Assembly: GCA_965220085.1 (NCBI GenBank)
Contig: CBDCOZ010000002.1
Span: forward strand, 1 to 64,000
Origin: Candidatus Oxydemutatoraceae bacterium
GTDB lineage: Bacteria > Pseudomonadota > Gammaproteobacteria > Poriferisulfidales > Oxydemutatoraceae
Direction of reading: 5' to 3'
Length of the DNA stretch: 64,000 bases
Shown piece after piece: positions 32,239 to 44,416 of this stretch (its first letter is position 1; every line of letters starts with the position of its first letter). The notes beneath the pieces are model-generated. The model made no database searches. It was given only the letters and a program-made list of their open reading frames with translations, and had not been told where the DNA came from. A program made the position numbers and the translations under genes.

Positions 32239-33453
32239 ATGAAAAAACTAATTGTAAACGCAAGGTACTTCTTTGCGCCGATACTGATTCTGGTATCGAT
32301 GTTTGGAGTCATGCTAGGAGGTCTTTACAGTTGGATTGGTGTCGCGCTGTTGTTTGCCGGTATCTTTATTGATACGGCGATGAAGTTTCAAACGCGCGGC
32401 GCGGTTAGCAACGATGGTGAGACTCTGGGTATTCCGTGGTTGCAAAACTCGGTCATGTACGTCATGTTGCCGGTGTTTGCGCTTCTTCAAATCGTACTGG
32501 CGTATCGCATATTCCAATATGTTCAGCCCGACGCGGTCATGGCTGCCACAGCGCCATGGTTTGAGTGGATGCCGGCACTGGCGATGTTGCCGGCCCATCA
32601 AATAGGGGCGCTGAGCGGCCTGGATCTGATTGGGGCGACGCTCTCAACCGGTATCTTTGCCGGCATCGGTATCATCTACGGTCACGAGCTGAGCCATACC
32701 AAAGGTTTTGCTTTCGTGATTTCCCGTCTGATGATGGGGCTGTCTGGCTCGAGCCATTTCTGCTACGCGCATGTGTATAACCATCACCTTGAGTTGGCTT
32801 CGGAGGATGACCCCGCAACCGCTCCGCGTGGTCGTAATATCTACGCCCACCTTCCGATGAGTTATATCGGCCAGTCCAAATTCCTGCTTGACATGGAAAC
32901 CGAGCGTCTGAAAAGACTGGATGCTCCGTTCCTGTCGTGGCAGAACCGCTGGATTCGCGGGTTCATGATGAGCCTGCCCTCAATCCTGCTGTTCTTTGTT
33001 GCCGGCGGATGGATCGGCATCGGTTGCTTGGCCATCGTCTGGGTCATTTCCAACTTTGAACTTGAGGCGCTGAACTTCCTCGAGCACTATGGTTTGATTC
33101 GCGAAACCGGTCAGCCGATTGACTATCGCCATTCGTGGGACAACGCAACCGCGTTCACCAGCTGGTTCTTCATTGAAATCGGTCGTCAGGCCGACCATCA
33201 CGACAGAGGCGAAACCCACTTCTGGGAGTTGGACCAAGTGGATGCGCCGAACACGGGTTGGGGTTACTTCACCCTGTTCGCCATGGCGTTGGTTCCGCCG
33301 GTGTGGGATATGTATATGCGCAAAAAGCTCGCTGTTTGGGATGCCGAATATGCAAGCGAAGGCGAGAAGAAACTTGCCAAGCGCATCAATGACCAAGAAA
33401 ATTATCACGGCGTTGCTATGCAGGGAGACTCTCTCTCGGTCATGGCATCGTAA
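32239..33453 (+). CDS. AlkB/XylM-family membrane di-iron monooxygenase
   Basis: His boxes HELSH, HVYNHH, NFLEHYG and DHHD. TM helices. SD GGAG before ATG 32239. Confidence 0.88.
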   Translation: MKKLIVNARYFFAPILILVSMFGVMLGGLYSWIGVALLFAGIFIDTAMKFQTRGAVSNDGETLGIPWLQNSVMYVMLPVFALLQIVLAYRIFQYVQPDAVMAATAPWFEWMPALAMLPAHQIGALSGLDLIGATLSTGIFAGIGIIYGHELSHTKGFAFVISRLMMGLSGSSHFCYAHVYNHHLELASEDDPATAPRGRNIYAHLPMSYIGQSKFLLDMETERLKRLDAPFLSWQNRWIRGFMMSLPSILLFFVAGGWIGIGCLAIVWVISNFELEALNFLEHYGLIRETGQPIDYRHSWDNATAFTSWFFIEIGRQADHHDRGETHFWELDQVDAPNTGWGYFTLFAMALVPPVWDMYMRKKLAVWDAEYASEGEKKLAKRINDQENYHGVAMQGDSLSVMAS

Positions 33454-33474
33454 GCTGGTATTAACACAGTAAGA

Positions 33475-33507
33475 GCCCTGCCTGAGCTTCTCAGGCAGGG
33501 CATTTTC
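33475..33507 (+). terminator. Hairpin/terminator after the monooxygenase
   Basis: gccctgcctgag-cttc-tcaggcagggc followed by atttt. Confidence 0.55.
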
Positions 33508-33570
33508 TATAAACAACGAATTCAATAAACTAATTTATTAATCACTAAATAATCAAGAGGGGAAAAAACA

Positions 33571-34218
33571 ATGGCTATAGGTGATCGTTTAAGAAGTGCA
33601 GTAACTCTCTGGGGCGCCCCGGATTGTGTGAACACTGCAAAGTGCCTGATGACAGCGGGCGAAAAAGGCATGTCTGTTAAGACAGCGATGTTTGATCCGA
33701 GTTCATCGGAAATTCAGAGCATGTCGCCGCTGGGCGTCGGACCTGTTCTGCGCCACGTCGACTTCGTCGTGACGGGGCATACCGCAATCATGTCGTATAT
33801 GGATGACAAGGGCTTTGGTCCTTCGCTCGTCCCGAGAAACGGCGTTCTGCGCGCAACCATGTATGAATGGTGCGTCAATGCGATAATCGTCTTGCAACCG
33901 AAGATGGACGACAGCGGGACAGTTGACAAGTGCGTAGCCGCGCTTGATAAGCAACTGCAAAGCACAAACCCGTCCCATCGCGGTTCGTTTATTTGCGGCG
34001 ACTTTACTCTCGCCGACATCCACTGGGCGGCCTGTGCGAATATGTTAGACATCAAAGGCATGGGCAATGTGCTCGAAAGAAGCAGCGCCGTCGCCGAGTG
34101 GTGGAGCAAGGTAAAGACCCATCCGAGCACCAGCAAGGAGAAACTGGAACCTTATACCTGCATGCCGACCAAAGCCGATGTCGATAGCAACACGCTAAGA
34201 GATTTGGACGTTAAGTAG
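33571..34218 (+). CDS. Glutathione S-transferase family protein
   Basis: SPLGVGPVL, AIMSYMDD and FICGDFTLADI (GST C-terminal motif). Confidence 0.8.
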   Translation: MAIGDRLRSAVTLWGAPDCVNTAKCLMTAGEKGMSVKTAMFDPSSSEIQSMSPLGVGPVLRHVDFVVTGHTAIMSYMDDKGFGPSLVPRNGVLRATMYEWCVNAIIVLQPKMDDSGTVDKCVAALDKQLQSTNPSHRGSFICGDFTLADIHWAACANMLDIKGMGNVLERSSAVAEWWSKVKTHPSTSKEKLEPYTCMPTKADVDSNTLRDLDVK

Positions 34219-34230
34219 AGGAGCGTAACA

Positions 34231-34473
34231 GTGGGTATTCTAAAAGCAATAATAGCGATGGTCATCTGGTCTGTCGGGGTGGGCTATGGCCTGCACGCAC
34301 TGGGCGTCCAACACTATGTTCCGGGCGGGGCAATGTGGGATCAGACCCCGTTGGGCACGGCTTTGCTGTGGTCGCTGGGAACTGCGCTCGCACTTTTAAT
34401 CGCCTTGATGGTGAACGTTGTCCTGTTTTCCAAGATTGCGGGCAACGACGCTTGGAGGTGGTTTAAAAACTGA
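34231..34473 (+). CDS. Small two-helix membrane protein
   Basis: SD GAGGAG, two hydrophobic segments, operonic position. Confidence 0.65.
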   Translation: MGILKAIIAMVIWSVGVGYGLHALGVQHYVPGGAMWDQTPLGTALLWSLGTALALLIALMVNVVLFSKIAGNDAWRWFKN

Positions 34474-34538
34474 TTTTAGACAGCGCCCGACTCCGATGAA
34501 CGGGGTCGGGTGCCGTCTGAACTACGGAGGGTTATTCT

Positions 34539-35888
34539 ATGAAAATTAAAAGGGAGATTTATTCCATGAAAACTAAAATGATATCAATGGCCGGGAAACT
34601 GGCGGGCTTACTGGCAATGTCGGTAGTCACGATGTCTGTCGCAGTCGCCGGGCCGTATGGCTACGACCTGCACAACGTGCTGTCGCCTCGGGCGGCGGGT
34701 ATGGCGGGTACCAGTATTGCCGGCGATCACAGCGGTCCGGTTGAGGCAGTGTTTGGCAATCCGGCTAACCTCGCGGACTTTCAGGGCGGCACAAACTTTA
34801 CATTTGGCGCGACACTCTACTATCCGGAAGCGATTGCAAAGCATACGCAAGGCAACAATCCGATTTTAGGCGGCGCCGTGCCCAACTACAGAACGCGCTC
34901 ACAAGCCGAAGCCTATGCGGTGCCGCAGATTGCGGTCACTCAGGACTTGACCGGAATCGGTATTCCGGTCGTCTTAGGCATGGGCTTGAGCGCGGTCTCG
35001 GGTATCGGCGTGGACTATCGCCAAAATGACCAGACGCTCGGTGCAGGCGCGGAGTTTATTTCGCTCGGCATTAACACCGGCGTCGGTTACGAGGTCAATC
35101 CGCAACTGGATATCGGCGCGGCTATCACCGTCACTTATGCGATGATCGAAGCCGGTCTTGCCGGCACCAGTGCGCAGAGCCACGACTACGGCATTCGCGC
35201 GACCGGCGGCGTTGACTATGCGATAACACCGCAGACCAGTGTCGGCCTTTATGCGCAGACCGAACAACGTCACAGCTGGAGCGACGCCATTTTGCTGTCG
35301 CCTGATGCGACTATCGCGAATGCAAGCTACTCCAAACTTGAGATCGAACAGCCGAGAAATGTCGCGGTGGGTATTGCACACGAGTTCAACTCCGATATGC
35401 GCGTGATGGCCGATGTAATCTACAAAGACTGGAGCGAAGCCGAGTTCTGGGGCCGTCTCTATCACGACCAGACTGCGGTCTCGCTCGGCGCGGAGATGGA
35501 CAGAGGCCCGCTGACCTTCCGTGTCGGTTACGGTTATGCCAATGACCCGACCAGAGGTCGCGTTGACGGCGACCCGCTTGAGGGCAATACGGGCGTGTGT
35601 ACGGGCGCTCCCGGCATCGGGACGTGCCTGCCTTTGACAGGCGCGGGCGGTCAGCAAACATGGCGCTACATTCAGGCGCTGGAAGCGCCGGTGATTTATC
35701 GTCATCGTGTGACCGCCGGCATGACCTGGGATGGCTTCTTGGCTCCGTTCCTGACATTGGACGCGCACATCGCGCACCAAATCAAAGAAACCAGAGACTA
35801 TGACTATGCGCATGCGGGTTCGGATGATATCACCCGTCTTGATGTGCGTTCATACCACGCCGGTTTCGCATTGACTTGGGGCTTCTAA
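34539..35888 (+). CDS. FadL/TodX-like outer-membrane hydrophobic-substrate channel
   Basis: Signal peptide, AAGMAG..AVFGNPA motif, amphipathic beta strands, C-terminal Phe. Confidence 0.8.
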   Translation: MKIKREIYSMKTKMISMAGKLAGLLAMSVVTMSVAVAGPYGYDLHNVLSPRAAGMAGTSIAGDHSGPVEAVFGNPANLADFQGGTNFTFGATLYYPEAIAKHTQGNNPILGGAVPNYRTRSQAEAYAVPQIAVTQDLTGIGIPVVLGMGLSAVSGIGVDYRQNDQTLGAGAEFISLGINTGVGYEVNPQLDIGAAITVTYAMIEAGLAGTSAQSHDYGIRATGGVDYAITPQTSVGLYAQTEQRHSWSDAILLSPDATIANASYSKLEIEQPRNVAVGIAHEFNSDMRVMADVIYKDWSEAEFWGRLYHDQTAVSLGAEMDRGPLTFRVGYGYANDPTRGRVDGDPLEGNTGVCTGAPGIGTCLPLTGAGGQQTWRYIQALEAPVIYRHRVTAGMTWDGFLAPFLTLDAHIAHQIKETRDYDYAHAGSDDITRLDVRSYHAGFALTWGF

Positions 35889-35916
35889 GAATCCGAAACA
35901 CTAAGGAGGGAAGAAA

Positions 35917-36189
35917 ATGCCTAAATATGTAATTGAAAGAGAAATACCGGGAGCGGGCAACCTGTCGTCCGATGAGTTTCAGGGCATCGCACAAAAATCG
36001 TGCGGTATCTTGAAAGACATGGGGCCGAGCATCCAGTGGGTTGAAAGCCAAGTCACTGATGACAAGGTCTACTGCACCTACATCGCGCCGAATGCGGCGG
36101 CGATCAAGGAACACGCCGAGAAAGGCGGTTTCCCGGCAAACAAAATCTCGGAAATAAGACGGACAATTGATCCGACAACTTCTGAGTAA
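35917..36189 (+). CDS. DUF4242 family small protein
   Basis: MPKYVIEREIPGAG...QWVES.VTDDKVYC.Y.AP...EHA..GGFPAN signature. SD AGGAGG. Confidence 0.85.
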   Translation: MPKYVIEREIPGAGNLSSDEFQGIAQKSCGILKDMGPSIQWVESQVTDDKVYCTYIAPNAAAIKEHAEKGGFPANKISEIRRTIDPTTSE

Positions 36190-36295
36190 ATAGACATCTT
36201 CAATCGGGATACGAAAGTGTCCCGAGAGATGATTGAATATAGACACCGCTGCGGGAGCAATCCCCGGCGGTGTTTTTTTATCCGCCTCATACAAG

Positions 36296-36585
36296 CCGGA
36301 ACCTTTCCCCCCTCTCCGGCAACCTGCGGGCTTCGCCCTTGGTTTGCCGACTCCCCCGCAAGGGGGGAGTGTGAGTTGGCATCGTGCAGCACTTTCCCCT
36401 TGTGGGAGAGTCAGCGAGCAGAATCACAACTCGCATTGAGCCCGGCGACATACGTCAAAACACTTTCCCCTTGTGGGCGGAGTGTGAGTTGGCATCGTGC
36501 AGCACTTTCCCCTTGTGGGAGAGTCAGCGAGCTTCGCTCGCTGGTGAGGGGGATAAACGACACGCCCCTCTTATGGGAGAGCATT
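36296..36585. repeat. REP/MITE-like palindromic element cluster
   Basis: Repeated cactttccccttgtgggagagt. Shares sequence with 30645-30705. Confidence 0.65.
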
Positions 36586-36659
36586 GCTTGCACAGCTATC
36601 GCATTACTGCCCGCAAGGCTGGCACGAGTACCGGAAACCTTTGTCTTAACACAAAATAA

Positions 36660-38963
<2,304 letters not shown>

Positions 38964-38990
38964 GCCGACAACGAGAAAACACCCCTCGTG

Positions 38991-39021
38991 AAAAAGCCCC
39001 TCCCCGTGAGGGGCTTTTTTT
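38991..39021 (+). terminator. Rho-independent (bidirectional) terminator
   Basis: aaaaagcccctc-cccgt-gaggggctttttt. Confidence 0.85.
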
Positions 39022-39256
39022 GTGCCTTGTTTCGCCCCGCCATGCTTGCAAAAGTTGGGTTGCGATACCGCTCGTCGTATCGGATGCGGCCGTTTGTCTG
39101 ATAGATCAAGATCAGCTTCCACTTATGTGCTAGAGTGCTCCCGCTCTAGCAAATGGAAGCAATGACATGAAATTACCACATGGAATAACATATAAGATAG
39201 AGGAGAGTCTCAGGCTCCCCTGGGGTCTGTTATACTTTAACAAACCACTCTGGCGG

Positions 39257-40183
39257 ATGAAGTTTGATTCTAAAAATGTAGCGTTTGCTCGTCATGAGAC
39301 TTTCGCCTTGCGCTACGGTTGGATTCCAAAAGGTTTCGCAGCCGCGGCACAGTACCCGCAAAAAAAAGTGTTTGAGTCCGAAGATGCGACAGCTCACCTT
39401 GGCGTCGGCAAGAACATGGTCCTCGCTATTCGCTACTGGCTTAGGGCTTGTCAGATAATAGAGGAAGATAGTTATCAGCCGACACAAATAGGCAAGCTGG
39501 TCTTCTCTGAAAAAGGGTACGACCCTTACCTTGAGGACGATGCGACCATTTGGCTGATTCACTGGCTGTTGGCAACCTCTCCCCGCATAGCAACGACATG
39601 GTACTGGTTCTTTAACTGCTTCCACCGTCCTCATTTCACTGCCGAAGAGTTACAGCAGGCTCTGGAAAGCTTTATCAACGAAAAAGTCAAAGCCGGAAAA
39701 AGACCCGCGAAGAGCTCAATCAAAAGCGATGTGATGTTGCTTGTTCGGATGTACTCGCAACCCAAACAGCGGAAAGGCGTTATCGCCGAGGAATCTTTGG
39801 ACTCACCGCTAAGTATCTTGAAACTTATGACCCAATCATCCGTATCAAAGACCTATCAGTCCGGCCCGGAACTGCGCGCTGATTTGCCCCTTGCAATCTT
39901 TGGCTTCGCAGTAGCATCTGTTTTGCGGGATCGCGGCGTGCAGTCCTTGCCGGTCAAAGATTTGATGTACAGCCAAGATGACTATCCGGCGGCCGGTTCT
40001 GTTTTCCGCCTTACAGAAGACGGCTTCATTACAAAATTGGAGAAACTTGCAGATGCAACATCTTTCTTTGATGTGCGGGAAACCGCGGGAATTCATCAAG
40101 TGTATATGAAAGAAGCGCTTGACAGCCCTTATGACTTACTCAAACAACACTACCGTCCGCCGCGGCGTAAGAAAGCAGCATGA
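39257..40183 (+). CDS. sspB: DUF4007 family protein, SspB-like
   Basis: FARHETFALRYGW, LGVGKNMV.AIRYWL and DPYLED..TIWLIHWLL motifs. Confidence 0.8.
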   Translation: MKFDSKNVAFARHETFALRYGWIPKGFAAAAQYPQKKVFESEDATAHLGVGKNMVLAIRYWLRACQIIEEDSYQPTQIGKLVFSEKGYDPYLEDDATIWLIHWLLATSPRIATTWYWFFNCFHRPHFTAEELQQALESFINEKVKAGKRPAKSSIKSDVMLLVRMYSQPKQRKGVIAEESLDSPLSILKLMTQSSVSKTYQSGPELRADLPLAIFGFAVASVLRDRGVQSLPVKDLMYSQDDYPAAGSVFRLTEDGFITKLEKLADATSFFDVRETAGIHQVYMKEALDSPYDLLKQHYRPPRRKKAA

Positions 40184-43100
40184 GTATCGCAGATAAAATC
40201 GCGATTAATACCCGCTACACACGCTCTATCAACCTTGAGCGTGATGCCGGCTCGTCTGAGTTAACGGAATCTTATGTCATCACTTCAAGCCCCTTGCGGG
40301 CGCTGGAGCAGATGGCAACAACCTTCCACGAAGAACAGGCGCCGCGCGCTTGGTCGCTAGTCGGGCCCTACGGCGCCGGCAAATCCGCCTTCTCAGTATT
40401 CCTAACGCAGTTGCTCTCGCCTCAGTTAAATCCGGCGAGCGGTGTTGCTGAGAAGATGCTCAGAGCAGAGCAGTCCGCCTTGGCCGCAAAGTACAAAAAA
40501 CAAAAGCAAGACGGATATTTTGAAATCTTGCTGACAGGCTCTCCGGAGCCACTGAGCAAAAGTTTATTGCAGGCAGTCCTAACTTCTGCGCAGGCATACT
40601 GGCCTAAGAAAAAACCCGAAGCTTGGCTCAAGCAACTCCGCTCTGACCTCGATAAAAAGAGAGTGTCGGTGTCAAAAGTCATGGATCACATAAAGACCCT
40701 GCAAAACAAACTGGCACGCAAACATTGCGGCGGCGTCCTGATTGTTATTGATGAACTCGGTAAATTTCTTGAGTATGAGGCAAGACACGAAGGAAACGAT
40801 ATTTACCTGTTGCAAGCCTTAGCTGAGCATGCGTGTCGCGGAGGCAAGCCAAACCTAGCCCTTGTGGTTTTGCTTCATCAATCGCTTGATCGTTACGCCG
40901 CCCACCTTAAAGAGAGTGACCGCAATGAGTGGATTAAAGTCCAAGGCCGCTTTGAAGAAATTCCTTTTATTGATTCGGCAGAGCAGAGTGTCAAAGTGAT
41001 AGGCAGGGCACTACAACAGAAACTTAGTCCGGCTGAGAGAAAGAAATTAAAGACAGAAAAAATCGTTGATGCTCTGCTAAAAGAAGAAGCGTTACCACGA
41101 TCCCTAGGCCGGCAAAATGCGGTAGAGCTATTTGGAAGTTGCTACCCGTTGCACCCGGTCAGCGCAATTTTACTTCCCCTGCTTTGCCAAAAGATTGCGC
41201 AGAACGAGCGCAGCCTTTTTAGCTACCTTGGGAGTTCTGAGGAAAACGGCTTTCTAAAAGTGCTGGAACATCTTGAGAAGGTTGGTGACTATGTCTTGCC
41301 CGACCATATCTATGACTACTTCATCGCAAATCAGTCGATAGCTTCCGGCGACCATATCACGCGCAGGCGTTGGGCAGAAGTAGCAAGCGCAATTGATCGG
41401 CTAGGGGATGCCCCACCTGAAGAAGTCACTCTCACGAAAGTCATCGGCATACTCAACATCATCGGGGCTAAAGGTAATCTTAAGCCATCTAAAAAGGTAT
41501 TGCAGTCTTGTGGTTTGCCTAATCTCAATAAGTCGATTAATGCCCTGACGGAGAAATCAATTATCAGCTATCGCCGCTTCGGTAAAGAGTATCGTGTCTG
41601 GCAAGGCAGCGATTTCGACATTGATGATGCATTGCAAGAAGCAGAAGGGCAATTGATGCACCTGTCAGTAGCGGAGGAATTAAACAACCGGGGTTATCAA
41701 CCTATCATCGCAAGGCAATACTCCATCCAGAAAGGAACACTGCGCTATTTTGTGCCGGCATTTATTGACGCAGAATCTTACCTGTCAACAGAGACCGAAG
41801 CCTCACAGGAACGAATATTGTTCTATCTGGCTCGCAATGAAGACGACAAAGTTACCTTTAAGAAAACGGTGAAGAAACATTTCGGTGATCGCGACATCGT
41901 TGTTTTGTGTCCGCGCGGGGAACACATTACCACTACGGTCGTACACACGGCAGCCTTGAAAAAGATTATCAGCTCAAACCAAGAACTTCACAACGACCCT
42001 GTCGCAAAAAAAGAGATTGAGGATAGGTTAATCATTGCAGAGAATGCCGAGACCGAAGCTTTGGACAAAGTGCTGGCCGACTTTGAACTGAATGAATGGT
42101 ATAACGCAGGTAAAAAGATTAGCATTGAAAGCAGGCGACATTTGCAGAAGGCTCTCTCTTCTTTGTTAGGCCGCATATATACCTCCGCACCAGTCATACA
42201 TAATGAGCTGATCAATACCAATTACCCTTCCTCGCAAGCGACCGCCGCGCGGACTAAACTTCTTTTAGCAATGCTTGAGTCACCAGAGAAACAAAACCTT
42301 GGAATTGATAAGTACCCTCCGGAAAAAGCAATTTACCAAGCGGTGTTTCAAAAGAGCAAGCTACACAAGAAAGACACGAAGGGGAATTATGGTTTTGTTG
42401 AACCTCCGAAAGGGAAGCAAGACACAGCAAACATTCAGCCGGTCTGGCAACGCATAAACCAATTTCTGGATAGCACGGAAGAGCAAGCAAAATCATTCGC
42501 TAATCTCAACCAAGAGTTGAGGTCTCCTCCTTATGGAGTGAAAGCGGGTCTGCTCCCTCTGCTCTATATAGCCGCCTACATCATCTATCAAAGAGAGTTA
42601 GCCTTCTATTGTGAGGGGCGTTATGTGCCGATTCTTACAGAGAAAGATATTACCCACTTCTTGAAGCGCCCCGATGAGTACACTGTCCAGAGGTTCAGGA
42701 TAGAAGGGATTAATGCTTCAATATTGGAGCAGTATCAAAAGGCTCTCTTTAAGAAACCGAGCAAACGAACAGTCATTGAGCTAATTCAACCCCTTGCTAC
42801 TTTTATTCAAGGCCTGCCGCAATTCGTACAAAAGACCAAGATGACGAGCTTGCTAACAAAGGATGCAATGAAAGTGCGCGATGCTCTAAACTCAGCAGCC
42901 TCTCCCGAAGAGCTTTTGTTCAAACAGTTACCTAAGGCATTAGGAATAAGTTCCCAAGGCAAGGCGGAGGGGCTTGCCGACAAGCTTACGGAGGCCTTGC
43001 GCAGTCTCAAATACGCCTACCCCACCCTGTTAAAGAATCAGAGAGAATTACTTTGTAATGCGTTTGGTCTTACTCCTGAGAAAAGTCTTCCTGATATACG

Positions 43101-43530
43101 AAGCCACTTCGCTTGGTTTAATGAATTAACAAAGTACACGATTGAAAAGGACGGGCTCAAAGCTTTTATCAACCGTCTATCGGAAAAAGAGGTTGACGAT
43201 GACCAGTGGTTGGAAAATGTTTTGAGCTTCCTCGGCCAACTGCCAACGAAGCAATGGACAGATGAAACTATTTCTGTTGCAGAATTTAAGTTAGCCGATT
43301 ATGCGAAGCGGTCACTTGAGTTGCAACGCTTATATATTTCTTATGTTGAACAAGGAAACAAAAATCCCGCATCTATAGAAGCCGCAAAACAAGAGTTGCA
43401 ACGAATGCTACGGAAACACACTTTGTCCGAAGTGCTTATGGCTATTGCCCAAATCCTTGATGAAAGACAAGAACCTACAAACCCTTTACAATTAGCTGTG
43501 AACAAAGAAACAGGAACGACTAATGAGTGA
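40180..43530 (+). CDS. sspC: Large P-loop ATPase, SspC-like
   Basis: RSINLERD, Walker A GPYGAGKS, Walker B IVIDELGKFLE, YPLHP and QNERSLF. ATGA overlap with sspB. Confidence 0.78.
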   Translation: MSIADKIAINTRYTRSINLERDAGSSELTESYVITSSPLRALEQMATTFHEEQAPRAWSLVGPYGAGKSAFSVFLTQLLSPQLNPASGVAEKMLRAEQSALAAKYKKQKQDGYFEILLTGSPEPLSKSLLQAVLTSAQAYWPKKKPEAWLKQLRSDLDKKRVSVSKVMDHIKTLQNKLARKHCGGVLIVIDELGKFLEYEARHEGNDIYLLQALAEHACRGGKPNLALVVLLHQSLDRYAAHLKESDRNEWIKVQGRFEEIPFIDSAEQSVKVIGRALQQKLSPAERKKLKTEKIVDALLKEEALPRSLGRQNAVELFGSCYPLHPVSAILLPLLCQKIAQNERSLFSYLGSSEENGFLKVLEHLEKVGDYVLPDHIYDYFIANQSIASGDHITRRRWAEVASAIDRLGDAPPEEVTLTKVIGILNIIGAKGNLKPSKKVLQSCGLPNLNKSINALTEKSIISYRRFGKEYRVWQGSDFDIDDALQEAEGQLMHLSVAEELNNRGYQPIIARQYSIQKGTLRYFVPAFIDAESYLSTETEASQERILFYLARNEDDKVTFKKTVKKHFGDRDIVVLCPRGEHITTTVVHTAALKKIISSNQELHNDPVAKKEIEDRLIIAENAETEALDKVLADFELNEWYNAGKKISIESRRHLQKALSSLLGRIYTSAPVIHNELINTNYPSSQATAARTKLLLAMLESPEKQNLGIDKYPPEKAIYQAVFQKSKLHKKDTKGNYGFVEPPKGKQDTANIQPVWQRINQFLDSTEEQAKSFANLNQELRSPPYGVKAGLLPLLYIAAYIIYQRELAFYCEGRYVPILTEKDITHFLKRPDEYTVQRFRIEGINASILEQYQKALFKKPSKRTVIELIQPLATFIQGLPQFVQKTKMTSLLTKDAMKVRDALNSAASPEELLFKQLPKALGISSQGKAEGLADKLTEALRSLKYAYPTLLKNQRELLCNAFGLTPEKSLPDIRSHFAWFNELTKYTIEKDGLKAFINRLSEKEVDDDQWLENVLSFLGQLPTKQWTDETISVAEFKLADYAKRSLELQRLYISYVEQGNKNPASIEAAKQELQRMLRKHTLSEVLMAIAQILDERQEPTNPLQLAVNKETGTTNE

Positions 43531-44389
43531 GTCCAAAAACTTTTATTCAGATTTGCCGCAAGACCAAGTCCGCCATGTCCTAGGCTTGTCCGGGGGGAAA
43601 GACAGCGCTGCGCTCGCTGTTTACATTCGCGACAAGTATCCCGAAACACACGCGCGCATCGAGTACTTCTTCTCAGACACCGGCGCGGAACTTCAAGAGG
43701 TCTACGATTTCTTGGATAAGCTTGAGTCTTATCTGGGCAAGCCGATCGTGCGCCTTGGGAGCGGTCAAGACTTTGAGCATTGGCTGAAGCACCACGATGA
43801 ATACCTGCCGTCACCACAACAACGGTGGTGCACACAGGCAATGAAAATCAAACCATTTGAGAAGTTTGTCGGCGATGACCCGGTGATTAGTTATGTCGGG
43901 ATTAGGGCCGACGAGAACCGCGAGGGATATATAAGTCGCAAGGACAACATCAGGGCGGTTTTCCCATTTGTTGAGGATGGTATCGTCCGGGATGATGTAT
44001 TCCAAATGCTGGAAGACTCCGTCGGCATTCCTGAGTACTACAAGTGGCGTTCACGCTCCGGCTGCTATTTCTGTTTTTTCCAACGGCAAGACGAATGGCT
44101 CGGGCTTAAGCGCAACCACCCGGAGCTTTTTGAGAAAGCCAAAGCCTTTGAACAACGCCAGCGGAAAAAATATTCATGGAAGGATGGCGAGACCGACATT
44201 CAAGGGCATGGCTATACATGGAGCTCACAAGGAACGCTTGACGAGATCATCGCAAAGGCTGAAGAAAGAGAAAAGAAGCGACTGACCGCTGGCCAACCAG
44301 TCACTGTCCACAAACGCTGGCAAGATGCTTTGCGTGAAGAGGACGATGATGACCCCGAAGACCAAGCCTGCCTAATCTGCAGTTTATAA
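43523..44389 (+). CDS. sspD: PAPS reductase family protein, SspD-like
   Basis: SGGKDS, RWCT..MKIKPFE, GIRADE, RSGCYFCFFQ and terminal CLIC motifs. Confidence 0.82.
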   Translation: MSESKNFYSDLPQDQVRHVLGLSGGKDSAALAVYIRDKYPETHARIEYFFSDTGAELQEVYDFLDKLESYLGKPIVRLGSGQDFEHWLKHHDEYLPSPQQRWCTQAMKIKPFEKFVGDDPVISYVGIRADENREGYISRKDNIRAVFPFVEDGIVRDDVFQMLEDSVGIPEYYKWRSRSGCYFCFFQRQDEWLGLKRNHPELFEKAKAFEQRQRKKYSWKDGETDIQGHGYTWSSQGTLDEIIAKAEEREKKRLTAGQPVTVHKRWQDALREEDDDDPEDQACLICSL

Positions 44390-44416
44390 AAAGATCAAAG
44401 TGTATTGAGACAAGAA

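Noticed and set aside
39097-39107. att-site match to the hemE 3' region (ctgatagat)
   Set aside because: Only 9 bp, compatible with chance, and no integrase is present.
39257-44389. BREX type 4
   Set aside because: No PglZ or BrxL gene; the order fits SspBCD better.
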